A model generated the notes under the pieces. It ran no database searches. It worked only from the letters and a program-made list of their open reading frames with translations, and had not been told where the DNA came from. Source: Amphiscolops sp. MND2022 (Eukaryota). Taken from it: DNA of 64,000 nt. Positions within the stretch are counted from its first letter, which is position 1. Every line of letters starts with the position of its first letter. The stretch is from positions 82,524,001-82,588,000 of the forward strand of contig OZ076409.1 in the NCBI GenBank assembly GCA_964187785.1. Reading direction: 5' to 3'. Position numbers and translations under genes: made by a program. Positions 51,401 through 63,301 of this stretch are shown here, piece after piece.

Positions 51401-53764
51401 CCACTCTGAGTTCTTTTAGTAATGGTCGTAATGGGGCGCATTAATTGGCAAGATTTGAAATGAATCTATTCATTTGATTGATGGCTCCCATAAAGTATCG
51501 AAGATCTTTCAAATTTTCCGGGCGTAGTTTATCTTTTATGGCTTGAACTTTTTCTTCTACGGGTTTGATCCCTGCTGCTGACAATTTATAGCCCAGCCAT
51601 TCCGTTTCTTTTTGTGCCAGTTTACATTTCTCGATCTTCCGTCGAATTCCAGCTTTGTTCAGTTCTTGAATTACTTCTTCTACCTTCTTCATGTGCGTCT
51701 CTTTGTCTCCTTTTGTGACAAATAATATATCGTCCAAAAAAGTAAACGTGTTTTTCGTTTCATGCAGAATGTTGTTCATAACCTTCTGGAATTCTACTGG
51801 CATTATTGTCAATCCATAATAGCCTGTATTGAATGCATATGTTCCCGTTGATTCACCTCCCACGATTTGGAAATTACAGTATTTAGCTGTGTCTGGATGT
51901 CCATATGAATAAAGCATCTCAAATGATGCGAATAGTACTTCACATTCATTGTTCTCGTTGACGATTTCTGCAATGTTCTACATTAAGTGTTCCAAATTTG
52001 GCAAATGATGTTTGCTCTTCGAAATGGCATTGATCAGTGATCTGGCTTCTAAAACGATTTTGACACTTCTGTCCTTTTTGACAGGTGTGACTACTGGCTA
52101 GATGAACATTTCGTCTGTTATTTTGCTGACTCTTCTGATGTATCCTGCGTCTAGTAGATTTCTGATTTCTTCAACTACTACTTTCTGCAATTGGAGTGGA
52201 ATTCTTCGTCCCTTTTGTTGAGTTACCTTCGCATCTTTTTTGAATTCGATTTTTGTGCTTTGATCTGAAATCTTTTTTTTTGCCTAGCAAAAACTTTTTC
52301 GAAATTTCTGTTTGATACGTTTCAGTTCTAGTGATAGTTCTACTTTATTTTCAATGTTATTTATTATGTTTTTATACTCACTACTTTGTTTTGCTTCTGC
52401 TGCGTGGAAGTTTAGTTGTGCCAGCCAGTCGCGTCCAATTAGTGATCTCTTTCCATCTCTCGCTATTATGAGACGTGCTTTCTTCATGTTACGCTTCCCC
52501 ACTTGAACGTCAACTGAAATAAAACCAAATAAATTAGGTGGTCTGCCATTGTAGTCAAGGAACTCTTCTTTTTTCCATAGCGGTCTAGCAAACACTATGT
52601 CCGATTTGATTGTTTTTCGTACGTCAACTTTTGTAAAAATCGTAAAAGGTCACCCTGAGTTCATCATTGTCATGGATGATTGTTTGTCTATCGTCTCTTT
52701 TACCATGAATGGTACCTCCATCTTTTGGTCTTTTGCACATCCTCATAAAATTTCGTATTACCCCACAATTGCGGCTTTTGTCGTTTTCTGCTTTGCACGC
52801 TGCTGAGTGATTTTTGCTAAAGTCCAAACCACATCTCGTGCAAGGGTTTTTGATACTTTCTTCCAGTGTGTACCCTGTCTTTTTTTAAATAGTATTTGTA
52901 TTTCTACCTGTAAAGTTTTGTTGTTGTACTATTCCTTCCTCAAAGGCAATAGCAAATCTCAGTGCTTCGTGTGGGTGCTCTTTAGTGTCGGTACATAATC
53001 CTTCCTGCACTGTTTTATTGTGCATATTCTGGATGAAGGTATCCATGATGAGACTTTCTGTTTGTTCACCGAATTCGCAACGGGCTGCTAGTCCTGTCAA
53101 GACGTTCCAGAACAATCGTAGCGTTTTGTTTGATTGTTGTTTATGTGAGAAAAATTTAAAACAATCCAATGTTCCGTTCCGCGGTTTTCTAAATGTCTCG
53201 TCGCAGTTTCCGTTGATTTCGTTCAATGATGCTGTCGCAACTGTCATATTCGGAAATTTGACTGCCAAATTATTTCTTCCTGTAGTTCCCCGGGGATAAG
53301 AATAATATGCTCACAATTTTTCTTTCTGCGGCCTGTTCATTAATATGGTTGATTAGTGCCGCCTGTCGTGGGTTGTTTTCTGTGGGTGTTCGCATTAACT
53401 CGTGTATTGATACGGAATCTTTTGCATTGACAGCTACTGCAAAGATGTCCCACCATTTTTCCCATTCTGTTTTAGGTGGTGTTGCTGGATTATCCCAAGA
53501 GGCTGGCAGTCCCGCCAAAGCTGACGGACCGCTCGGTGATGATGTTCCTCCGCTTGAGTCCATAATGTCTCGCCTAGCTATAACTACTGGGGTTGAGGAA
53601 GAGATTCTAGAGCAAGACATTACTGTATTCTAGATTAGACCATGTTGCAAATGATCGCCGTGATTTTTAGAATAGATACACTTTAGTTTGTAAACAACTT
53701 GTTCAATTTAATTGTTTCAAACTGCTCTTATTTGATTGAGGCTGTTCGAGATGACTCTCTCACA
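48412..53764 (-). mobile_element. Second Ty3/Gypsy LTR retrotransposon, decayed
   Basis: LTRs at 53575-53764 (3'-deleted) and 48412-48668 with TGTGAGAG...CTCTCACA termini. Gag, RT (FLDDIL), RNase H (YSINELE) and integrase (IDFAGPF) fragments. Confidence 0.92.
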
Positions 53765-53901
53765 AACCCACTTGTTTTGTATGAGGTAAACTTTAGAATA
53801 TTATTGAATTTTAATCATTTTCGACAGCTTTTCAGTTCATTTCTTCTCAGGCGTCAATCACAAGATAATTTTTTTGAGAACAAAAAGGAGGATTCACTAA
53901 C

Positions 53902-54036
53902 CCAGTTCTTCGTAGTACTTGGTGCTAGAAGTGAGTTCTACTTGACTCTCCACAGTGAAGGTGGCCGTGCTCTGCGTAGACATGATCAATTCATTCTTGC
54001 CCCACGTTATCATCTGCTCACTGTCGTCCAGCTCAT
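53902..54036 (-). CDS. Cys-loop channel exon (ELDDSEQMITWGK...STKYYEELG), loop F to loop C
   Basis: Acceptor tttcag and donor GTTAGT. Open 135-nt frame with the conserved W; G|GA joins it to the TM1 exon. Confidence 0.9.
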
Positions 54037-54410
54037 CTGAAATTTTTCTGAGTTTGAAAACTTATTTCACGCCTAATTCTCATTTCTCGATAAGCTAGAA
54101 ATTTCTCCATATAATTATAAAGACATGAAACTGCACTTTCATCCACAACACGTTTCTAATTCGGTATTGATTTCCAGTTTTTAAATTTTTGTTTAAAAAG
54201 AGAGAAAACATGACGTGAAGCTTTTTCAGCATTATCATTCCAGATAATTGAGACTTTTGCTACACCGTTATGGTTTTTCTTGTTCTTAGTTTGGCATAGT
54301 CCTAGAAGGGATAAAATCTGCAACATGAAAGGAGCTATTTTGTTTCTTTGAGAGAGGGTTTTATTAATTAATAAATTTTGCTAATTTAAATGAAAAATGG
54401 AAGGACTCAC

Positions 54411-54557
54411 AACTTTCTATGCATATTTTGCAGAGCTGCAAATCAAGGGGAAAGAATCTGAGTCCGATGGCGCATCTGGTTGTCAGGAGAACTCTCTTAG
54501 AGGACAGAATCACCCCACTCTCGTAGATCCTAAGAAATTGGCTCTGAGATACCTCTT
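54411..54557 (-). CDS. Cys-loop channel exon containing the C-x13-C loop (CAIGLRFFPLDLQLC) and loop B (IESY)
   Basis: Lies within ORF 54364..54573. Acceptor ttttag and donor GTGAGT. Phases match both neighbours (C|AA, T|AT). Confidence 0.95.
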
Positions 54558-55076
54558 CTAAAACGAAAAACATTCAACAACATTAAATCAATTTGAATAC
54601 TCAAAAGACTGCAAAATTTCGATTTCATCAAAATTAATCTAAGAGTGCTCGGTATAACATTCGATTTCTATTACTTAGCGAACGGATGAAGAAAAATTGC
54701 TCGAAAGAACCTAGATGTTTTTCTGGGAAAATGACATTGAGAATTTAAGTTTCTATCTACATGATACATCGGTATACTTCAGTATTACGATTCACCAATT
54801 CACTGGCTACTGTTACTACTGAAAAGATTTGATTCCTTCTTAATATAATAGTGGTGTTAAAATATCACAGTTGTTAAAAAGGTTTTTTTACAAACTGATG
54901 CAAATCATTTTAGGAGCGATAGATGCTACTAGAGAGGCATTTTATAAGCCAGGAGCATGTTCAATCCAAAGTAAATCATGGAGTTAGTGTTTATACATGA
55001 AGTTAATTAGATCATGTTAAAATTTAATTTTCCAATTCTAATGTAAGTATTTGATGTAAATTGGGATATCTCTAAC

Positions 55077-55266
55077 GTGGTGTGCTCTCGTCAATGGCGT
55101 CCTTGAAGTATATGTTCGGACGCCACAGTTTGCTGGCCATGTCCTTTGTGAGGCTGATGAACCTGCTCTTGTTGGAAAATTCCATAGTGTCAAAAAGTGG
55201 TTTGATCGCAGTGGTCACTCGGCTGTCCTTCCAGGTTTGACGAAGGTACAAATCTGTCGTCAGACC
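55077..55266 (-). CDS. Cys-loop channel exon with loop D (DLYLRQTWKDSR) and loop A (LWRPNIYF)
   Basis: Acceptor tcag and donor GTTAGA. Translation GLTTDLYLRQTWKDSRVTT...KLWRPNIYFKDAIDESTP matches the RQ.W.D.R and W.P..F signatures. Confidence 0.93.
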
Positions 55267-55858
55267 CTGATAAATAAGAAATGAAAGCGTGCTTCAAAAC
55301 TACACAATTTTCACTTTTGATTGTTCATGATATTTCAAGCCTGATTAAATAACAAAACGCAGAATTTTTTTTAAAAAGAATGGATTGAAAGTGTTGCTCG
55401 AATGTGTTTTGTTTACTTTTTGAAGAACGAAAAATTTCAACAATTTCTAGTCAAAGCCGAATCAAAATAAAGTCTGAAAGTTTTCAATGATATAACTGTT
55501 ATTATGCTTTGAGACGAGATAGCTATAGTATATACCCTGGAAAGTCTGTTCACTATTCTTATTAAAATCAGAACCAGGACAAAATTTTGATCACTATCTT
55601 CCGACCCAGTCCATTGGAAGAAACATTTTTCACTGATCTGAGCATAAATAATTAAATGACAACCTTCAGGCTAAAGAACAAAACTTTTACTTGATTTCAA
55701 AGTCTGGAGCGCTTCATTTTTTTTTCATTTTTGCAGGAACTGTGACTTTTTTGCCAAAAATTCTGCTTTCTTCCAAATTTCAGATCTTCGTAGTTTTTCT
55801 CAGACTCTGCCAGCAATTTCAGACAAGTTTGTCAAAAACAAGTTCGTGTTATTCTAAC

Positions 55859-55926
55859 CATGGTTGCTTCAGACACAGGTCCGATTTGGTATACCACGAT
55901 GTTGAACTCACAGCTGTCGGCATTTG
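55859..55926 (-). CDS. Cys-loop anion channel subunit, first identified exon (68 nt; NADSCEFNIVVYQIGPVSEATM)
   Basis: Acceptor ttttag and donor GTTAGA. Encodes the GPVS..M motif of GABA-A-type subunits, has the 68-nt size known for the homologous exon, and joins the next exon in phase 0. Confidence 0.9.
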
Positions 55927-56876
55927 CTAAAACATGAGGTCATTCAGATCTTTCAGTCAAACAAAGGTCATCGAGAACTGACTGTGCTGCAATTGAAAAA
56001 CGAGGCCTAAAGATTTGATAAGCAACAAAAAATAACCACCAACGCTATTTCACTATGCGCTGATTTTTGAATGCTGAAAATATCAGTCAATCTTACTTTT
56101 TTCACAATTTTGTAAAACTAAAATCGCCTTAGAATTTGAAACAGTTTTCATTGGACCTTTTTGCTTTTAGATCCGATCATTTTTACAAAAGTTTTGATGA
56201 CCAATTTTTGGACCATTTTGGGCCATTTTTTGTGGTTGAGGTAAAATTTCTCGAAACTGATTTCAGGTATTATCATTCTAATGCCAGGTTTCTGTAGATC
56301 TGGTTTTCAGCTATCAAGTTTCCAAATGAAGTTTTCGCTGAAAATCAACTTGCTGAAAAATCAAAATAAATACCCCGAGCTAATGCCAAACTATCACCGT
56401 GTTTTCTCTGGGCTGAAAACTCTCTGTCAACAAAAGTTTATAAGGTAAGTTTTCATGATCTTTGGAGCAGCTTTTGGCATGAAATGAACGAATATTCCCG
56501 AATGTCTTAATCGTTCACACCGACTACTATCATGAGCTTTGAATTAAAATTAGAAAAAGATTTGATTGTATCTGCGACGTCAGAGATGGAACTGTGCACA
56601 ATTTTTGAAAGGATTCGGACTACTTTCTCGTAATCGCATGTTTGTTTGAGGAAAAAAAGGAGAAAACCGCCAGAGATTATCTCTCTGAAGCTGCAAGTGG
56701 TTCACATTTCGTCAATTGGTGATAAGTTTGAAAAAGCTACCTTTGCTCCGCGAAAGTAGTTTTCGTTAAAAATCATCTTTTTGATGAATTCTGGACCATT
56801 TCAGTTTTTTAAGTGTAATTTCAAGTGTTTTCGCTTTTTTCAAACAACCATGCGCATTTTTCAAACGAAAAACTAT

Positions 56877-56928
56877 CTAATTCGAGCGCATAAAAATCAA
56901 TTAATTGATTTCTATGCGTTCGAATTAG
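56877..56928. repeat. 52-bp palindrome
   Basis: CTAATTCGAGCGCATAAAAATCAATT|AATTGATTTCTATGCGTTCGAATTAG, two mismatches. Confidence 0.85.
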
Positions 56929-59218
56929 GAAACTTTTTGCTTTAAAAGAAATCCTGTAACTAGCAAAAAATATCGAGGCGACATCAGAGGCAGAAAAATA
57001 TCTATTATGTCGATCGATTTCCTGATGGGTTTATTTCAAAATAAAACGCATTATGTCACAACCAGAGCGTTATTATTCAGTCTGACCTTGAAGGTTTTAA
57101 CGATAATAAGTTTACATTTACAAACATGCTTGGTCTACGAGTTCCATTAAATTGGAAGGAAAATTGCCCATTGAAACATGATAATCATAATACTTCAGGT
57201 AACTTTCAAGTATTTTGGTGAATCAAAGGTTATTATAACCTTGGCATCATAGAAAACAGTTTGCGTTTCATGGAGAAGCGATCACAATCTTGAGATTGCT
57301 TTTTTGCCAATCCAATAATATTGATGGAATACTTTTTTCAAATACTCAATTAATTACCAGTCTCGATCAGCATAGCATGCGCAACTCAAGTATAGACCAA
57401 TGCTAAAATATGAAGTCACAATCTTCCCCTATTCGTGAAAGTACAAAAAAAGTAACTAAAAATGGAGAGCGTTGGTTAATCTTCTAATGAGACCTGTAAC
57501 GTCCAGCACCCAACGAAACAAAATTTCGAAGAGATTTTGGAAATGTGCGATATTGAACAAAAAATTTCAAATTGGTCGACCTTGCAGGTACTTCAAAGCA
57601 GGCAGGCAGGAAGACAAAAAAGTAAAAAAAAAAACAGAAGACCCGTAATCCTCAACACCCCGCCACCCGGAAAGCAAGAACACCAGAGATAGAGGAGAAA
57701 TCCCAGTGTTGTGCCATCTTATCCGGAAAAATGTCTGTGAAGACCTGAAATCAAGGTATCGCCTACTTGCAAATCCAGGAAAGAATACCAAAACCTGCAT
57801 GAAAGCGCCCGAACAACTCTGTTTCATTAATTTTGATTAATTCAATTGGTACTAATGCCATTTTGCAGGTATTTGGCGATGCTGGATCTACTAGATCCGT
57901 ATTTTAGAACTTATTCCCCAAATGAAAGGAATTTTACCCAAACCCTTGTTTTTGGACCTCGGGTGTACGTAGGACGTCCTATGAAGCTTAAGATTGTTTT
58001 TACAGGCTTGTGGGGTGTGTGTCCGGACTTTGAGAGTGCCGGCACGTCGCCTCGGAGCTCTAATTTGAGGAGCCTCTTTATACGTATGAAAAGTGCGCCT
58101 AGGAGACCATTTTGGGAGAAAAACTGATGTCTAGGGCTATAGTAAGACAGCGGTCTCCTGTTTAAGCTCCCTAGGCATTGTCACACTTCTAGGATGTAAG
58201 CTGCTAGCTGGACCTTAAAACATAATCAAGACTCTTTTATATGAACGACTGTTTTACGGCAGAAAGCACAATCGATATTCGGTTTTGTTTCATAAAAGTT
58301 CCAGAAGGTGGCTCAAAAATTGAAAAACCCAAAAAATTTCAATTCAATATGTCTTCTGCAATTCTTTCTGGAAACATTTCAATGAACTTTTTCAGAGAAA
58401 TTTGGGTTTTGTTCTTTAAGAAACGCCCATGATTACGACAAAACTCAAAAACGATTCATTCTTCAATTTTACTTAATTATGGCATACTTCCGAAATTAGT
58501 TGGTTGGCATGTTTAACTTCAAATTTCAACCACCTAACTTTTAGCTCCGCAGCATGTTCATTTTGAAAAGAAATAATTGTAATTTGTTTGAAAAAATATC
58601 TCGAAAAACTTAAAAAACCAAAAACTTCAATATTCCTAAAAGTTGGCTTTTTTCTATGTTGGAAGTCCAACAGAAACACCCTAGCCCAAAACAATGTAGA
58701 ATTCAAAGCTAGTAGTTCAAAGCTGAAAAGACCCCGAATTAGACATCGCCCAGTGTGAAATCATCTAGGAAATATTTGATGAGAATCTTTCATTTACTTG
58801 AAACCCTTATTCGTGTAAAGAACGAAGACAATGGGTACAAGCTTTCAAGATCTCGCCAGGGGATTCAAAAAAAGTTGACAAAATTGAATGAAACTGATGC
58901 AAAACCGTCGCCAACTGCGACTTGATCAGTTTATTATGTCGCAGCCGTTCACGCTACCCACCAATCTATCACGTTTTGAACTTCCTTACTTTGTGTTGTT
59001 CTTTGGAAGCACTTTGAAGCATGATAGTCTAACTAGTAGTGTCAACATTATCAACATCACTGTAAACCAAATAATTGCCCGTTTTGTACGTCAATTTTTT
59101 CTTGAGTCTCTTGGTAGGACTTTACCAAGATTATTATAAAAAAAATCGAGGAGGTTCGTGTGAAGTAAGAATATGCAAGACACTTCCAATTATTTTGCAC
59201 TGGGCAGCAGTAGAAGCG

Positions 59219-59405
59219 AACAAGACGGGAACGTCTAAAGTCGGCGCTATATCTAAAGCTGAACAAGCGCAACGATTTTAAGATATGCTCAGGACATTTT
59301 TTTAAGAAAGTGTTTTAGATTCGAAACACCGTAAGGGTGCCTTTCCTTCTCGAAAAAACGCTTCAGAAGTTAGGATATAGCGTGCTGATACAAATGCGAG
59401 CGCAG
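59219..59405 (-). repeat. 3' portion of a family A HINE-like element
   Basis: AACAAGACGGGAACGTCTAAAGTCGGCGCTATATCTAA; 59376-59402 also matches 2087-2113 in reverse. Confidence 0.6.
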
Positions 59406-62014
59406 TAGTAGTTGTAGGTGGCATTATATGTGGGGGCTGGAGTGAGTAACCCAATATGGTAACCAAAAACATTCTAAAACGTCACGTAATAATTGCGACA
59501 AGAACATGACGTATCCGAACATGAAAATACTCACCGAGAGCCGAACAAAATCAGAGAACAAAATACAGACCCGATAATTTTTTGTTCGTATTTCAGGCAA
59601 TGAAAGAAAAGTTCCTTGACATGGCGTGCTGGAAAGTAATAAAAATGGAAGGAATGGTTTGTTAGAAATGGAAATGGAACGCAGATGAGAAGAAAGGAAA
59701 TGGAATCAATAAAAATCTTTTAATCTAGCAACTTTGAAACGAATGTGCTCTTACATTTTATTACTTTTCTGTGAAAATTCTAGCACAAATTTCCCTAATA
59801 TTGTCTTCATTTGCGTAAAGGAAACAGTCACTAGTAATTCAGCCAATATCTATGAAAGTTACCCCAGTTTCTATTTATACCGAAGTTTCACAATCTATAG
59901 AATGAAAAATGAATTAAAATGTTTGAAAAAAAAACATGATAATTTCAGGAAAAAATGTTAAGTTTTCAGGAGAAAAGCAATTAAAATGCTTTCTAATTCG
60001 TTTCAGAATTGCAAAGGCAACATTTTTTTGTTAATTGTAACAAAAATTACAGTGTCAAATAACAGTGTCGGTCTTTTTTGAAAACTCAAATTTGGTGGGT
60101 TCCGAACTTCAAAGGAATAAAGGTGGACCCTGAAACACTTTGAAAGTTGGTTCAAAATATAGCCGAGCATTTGATCGAGGTCTCATGAGCCCTGAAAAAT
60201 CAAAATGGTTATTATCCGAGTTTCCAAATGATTAGATAAGGAACTTGTGCCTGGGTTAAAATCTTTGATGTTTCCCAGATAAAATAGAAACTGGAAAAAC
60301 GAAGGAGGTGCTTGGAGTCTTGAAAAAGGGTTGAGCCTAACAGCTCACAAAATTAATTCTTTGCTCAAAATTCTAAAAAACCACTTCTGCTCAAAACAAC
60401 TCTATTTCTAACTAACCAATTCTAACTTTAACAAAAATGCTCAGTTGGAATGAGCTTGACCAAATGAACTATTTCGCCTGGGGGGTCGGGAACAAGAGGT
60501 GCAGGGCCTCGTGTGTTCTCGACGTCTCCAGTGAGACATACGACACACTCAGAGAATGATTTGCGGAGATGAGGTTTGTTTTTTTTCTCTGTTTTTCTGA
60601 GTTTTTTATCGTTTGAGTTTTATCTCGAAAATGACCGTTCACAATTCTTTTGCTGCAGGAGATCCCGGCGTACATTGAGGGGACCCGTACCCAGTCCGTG
60701 CTGGATGTGTTTGCCTTTTGGCAAATCGCAAACACCAGCACTGTCTGGTCTACGCGTGTTTGGGAGCCTGGAGGAAGGGTACCCTCTATGCGGAAATCCT
60801 CCAGGCTCTCAAAAACTTTATAAAAAACTCCAATAAAGTGTTTTCCACGAAAAATAATTTCTGAATTAACTATTTGCATGTTTTTCGGTTTTATCTGTGC
60901 TCACAATTTTTGTTTGGTCAACAAAACCATTCTGTTCTGACTCTGAAATAACTCTTCATCTGTTTTCAGGTTTTATGGAGAAAAAGCACGCGATTGTTAT
61001 TCGTGCTTCAAATCTTTCTAGAATCATAAAGGATTCATCTCATTATAAACAAATCCAAATTCTCGCCGAAAGAGGCGTTCGACATGAATATTCTTCTTCT
61101 AAACATAACTTCTCAAAACCTACACTTGACTCCTTGTTGTTTTGAGCCCTTTCTCGACCAGGGTGTCAGTTTGTCTTTATCTTTCCTGACATTCTCTACA
61201 ACTCGCTCACAATGCCACCAAGTTAGTTGTACCTTTTTGTTTTTTTTTCCTTTTTCCAGCAACAAAATTGAGTTTCTGCGGTAAAAAAAGATAGTTGATT
61301 GGCAAACCATGTGTCCAAAGGAACAATAGTGTTCAACACTGTCACCTAAAGACATTACGGAAAAACGAATGATATGGAACAGAGTTTGCAAAACGAAGAA
61401 AGCTCTCAAACTATTGATTGGTCTGCCGAGACGTAATCAACTTCTTCCAAAGTCGAACAAAAGGGTCGATAATGTTTTGCAGAAACAATTCGAAAATGAA
61501 AGTCTTTGAACGTTCACAAGATGCGTCGACATGAGAGATAAATTTCAAAACACTGAGCAGTTTTTGGAAAAAAGTTTGCTCCATGTTCCTGAACTGGCCC
61601 TGAATTTGGCCGGGCGTCTCCAAATAACAACTAATAGCTAAGTTTGTAGTTTTCATTTAACACTAATATTCTTCGAGACTCACTTTTTGAATTTGAATCT
61701 AGTTTTGTTTATAATCATTTACTACCCCTCATCATGAAAAATTCTGAAATTAGGTTTCATTGTCATATTCTGATTGGAATTTATATTTAAACATGATTGC
61801 CTGGTCTTGACTCACGGAATACTTAGTTTTAGGCATTTTTTTCAGTTTCAAAACTCGAAATTGCACTCGTCAATCTCGACTATCACACATCCAAAAAAGA
61901 AAAAACTAAAGAGGGTAAAACTGATAATTGGCTCCAGCAGCAGCAGTGAAGATGAACGAATGAGTGACACTCATTCAATCAATTTCTGTTTTTCTTATCC
62001 AGTTCCAAAGAACA

Positions 62015-62840
62015 ATGACTTCCTTTTATATTGATCTACTGTCTAATGCAAGTTTGGACATTTATCCACAAACTACTTTGGCATTTTTTTCAAATTTTAT
62101 GTCAAATCCGATCAATTTGGGCAGAGGCAGTGAATGGGAAGTTGCACTCACAGACATTTCGTTCCCAAACCGAGTATACAATGTCACCTACGGTGATTTC
62201 ACGCTAGGCTATTTTCCTACAACAACTCTTCAACGATATCGTTTTGTTGTAAACAAACCAGAAGCTGTCAACAAGGAACTTATAAATAGTTATTCAGATG
62301 TTCCCTTTCTAAATCAACATCGTACATTCCAAAGGGATGTTACACAGACATTGGTCAAATTATTGACGCAATAAATTCTCAAACTGCTACTTTTACAAAC
62401 ATGGAGAGTACAATGACCTTTACTTACAACGAGGAGGCTTTGAATCTTTCATTCACGTTTGAAGGAACTACAGAAGGACAGAGCCTTGTATACTTAAAAA
62501 TTCAAAGTGAAGACTTGGCTCAAATTTTGGGATGGGGAACGGATGCTGTGTACTGTGAAGACAACCAAATCATTGCTCCCTACCCTGGTGATCTTCCACG
62601 TTCGCACACAATTTTTGTATAAAGTGATATTGTAGACTTTAGTAATGCGGGCATTGTGAAGAACCAACTCTTAGGTGCCTTCACAATTCGTCAACGAACA
62701 AAAAATGAGGACTTGGTTGTTTTTTATATCCTTACGACAACCGATCTTTCTCCAGTTTATTTCCCCTTACCAGTTTGGGTCTTGTAGTTTTAAATTTACA
62801 TTTTCGCAAAAAACATGAGCCAGCAATGACTCCTCAATAA
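62015..62840 (+). pseudogene. Polinton/Maverick minor capsid (penton) protein, disrupted
   Basis: MTSFYIDLLSNASLDIYP...EWEVALTDISFP N-terminus, internal IFV*SDIV...QLL, and C-terminal LNLHFRK. Stops at 62372 and 62620 plus frameshifts. Confidence 0.82.
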
Positions 62841-62872
62841 AAGATTATTTGTCTTGGACAAACGTTTTTTTT

Positions 62873-63301
62873 CTATAAAAGATTACAAAACACTTGATAA
62901 ATATCAAAATCAGTCGTTACTTTGGGTGTATTATCATCAAATTCCATGCAAAAAAAAATACAATAGTGACCACACAAGGAATTGACCTGCTTTATTGTAC
63001 TGTTCAAAGGTAGGAAAAATGTTGTTGTTGTTTTCTTCTGTTCTGGATGTGGCAGTCGGATAAACAACATTGGGTACTGATTCAAACTTGTTGCTTTCAG
63101 AGATTTTCCCAAATACTGAAATCCATTGGATAAGCAGATCAACGTTATCCAATGTCCGTCAGTGACTGTAGTGGTGTTTACAATTTAAACAGCGTTTTTG
63201 GCATAGATAAAATGAATGTATTGGGGCCGAAGCATCCCAAGTATCGATTTTTTCAGTGAGCGAATTTTGGAAATAACTTGTAGCAAGGCTGCACTATCCA
63301 T
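62873..63301 (-). pseudogene. Polinton adenain-like cysteine maturation protease, disrupted
   Basis: ATG at 63301 overlaps the capsid stop. Motifs IVNT...GHWI and Q..SLCGHYCIFF. In-frame TAA at 63185-63187. Confidence 0.82.

Noticed and set aside
57120..57175. FNGTRRP on the minus strand, resembling the YD...RP motif of the missing exon
   Set aside because: In-frame stop just upstream, no acceptor, and no phase-1 donor.
57840..58200. Possible Penelope-like RT remnant (KIPFIWGISSKI, minus strand)
   Set aside because: One short motif with frameshifts; no RT core or GIY-YIG domain seen.
58990..59057. Possible signal-peptide exon of the channel (MLIMLTLLVRLSCFKVLPKNNT followed by GTAAGG, minus strand)
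   Set aside because: It ends in phase 2, and I found no intervening exon with the Y...RP motif to link it to the phase-1 start at 55926.
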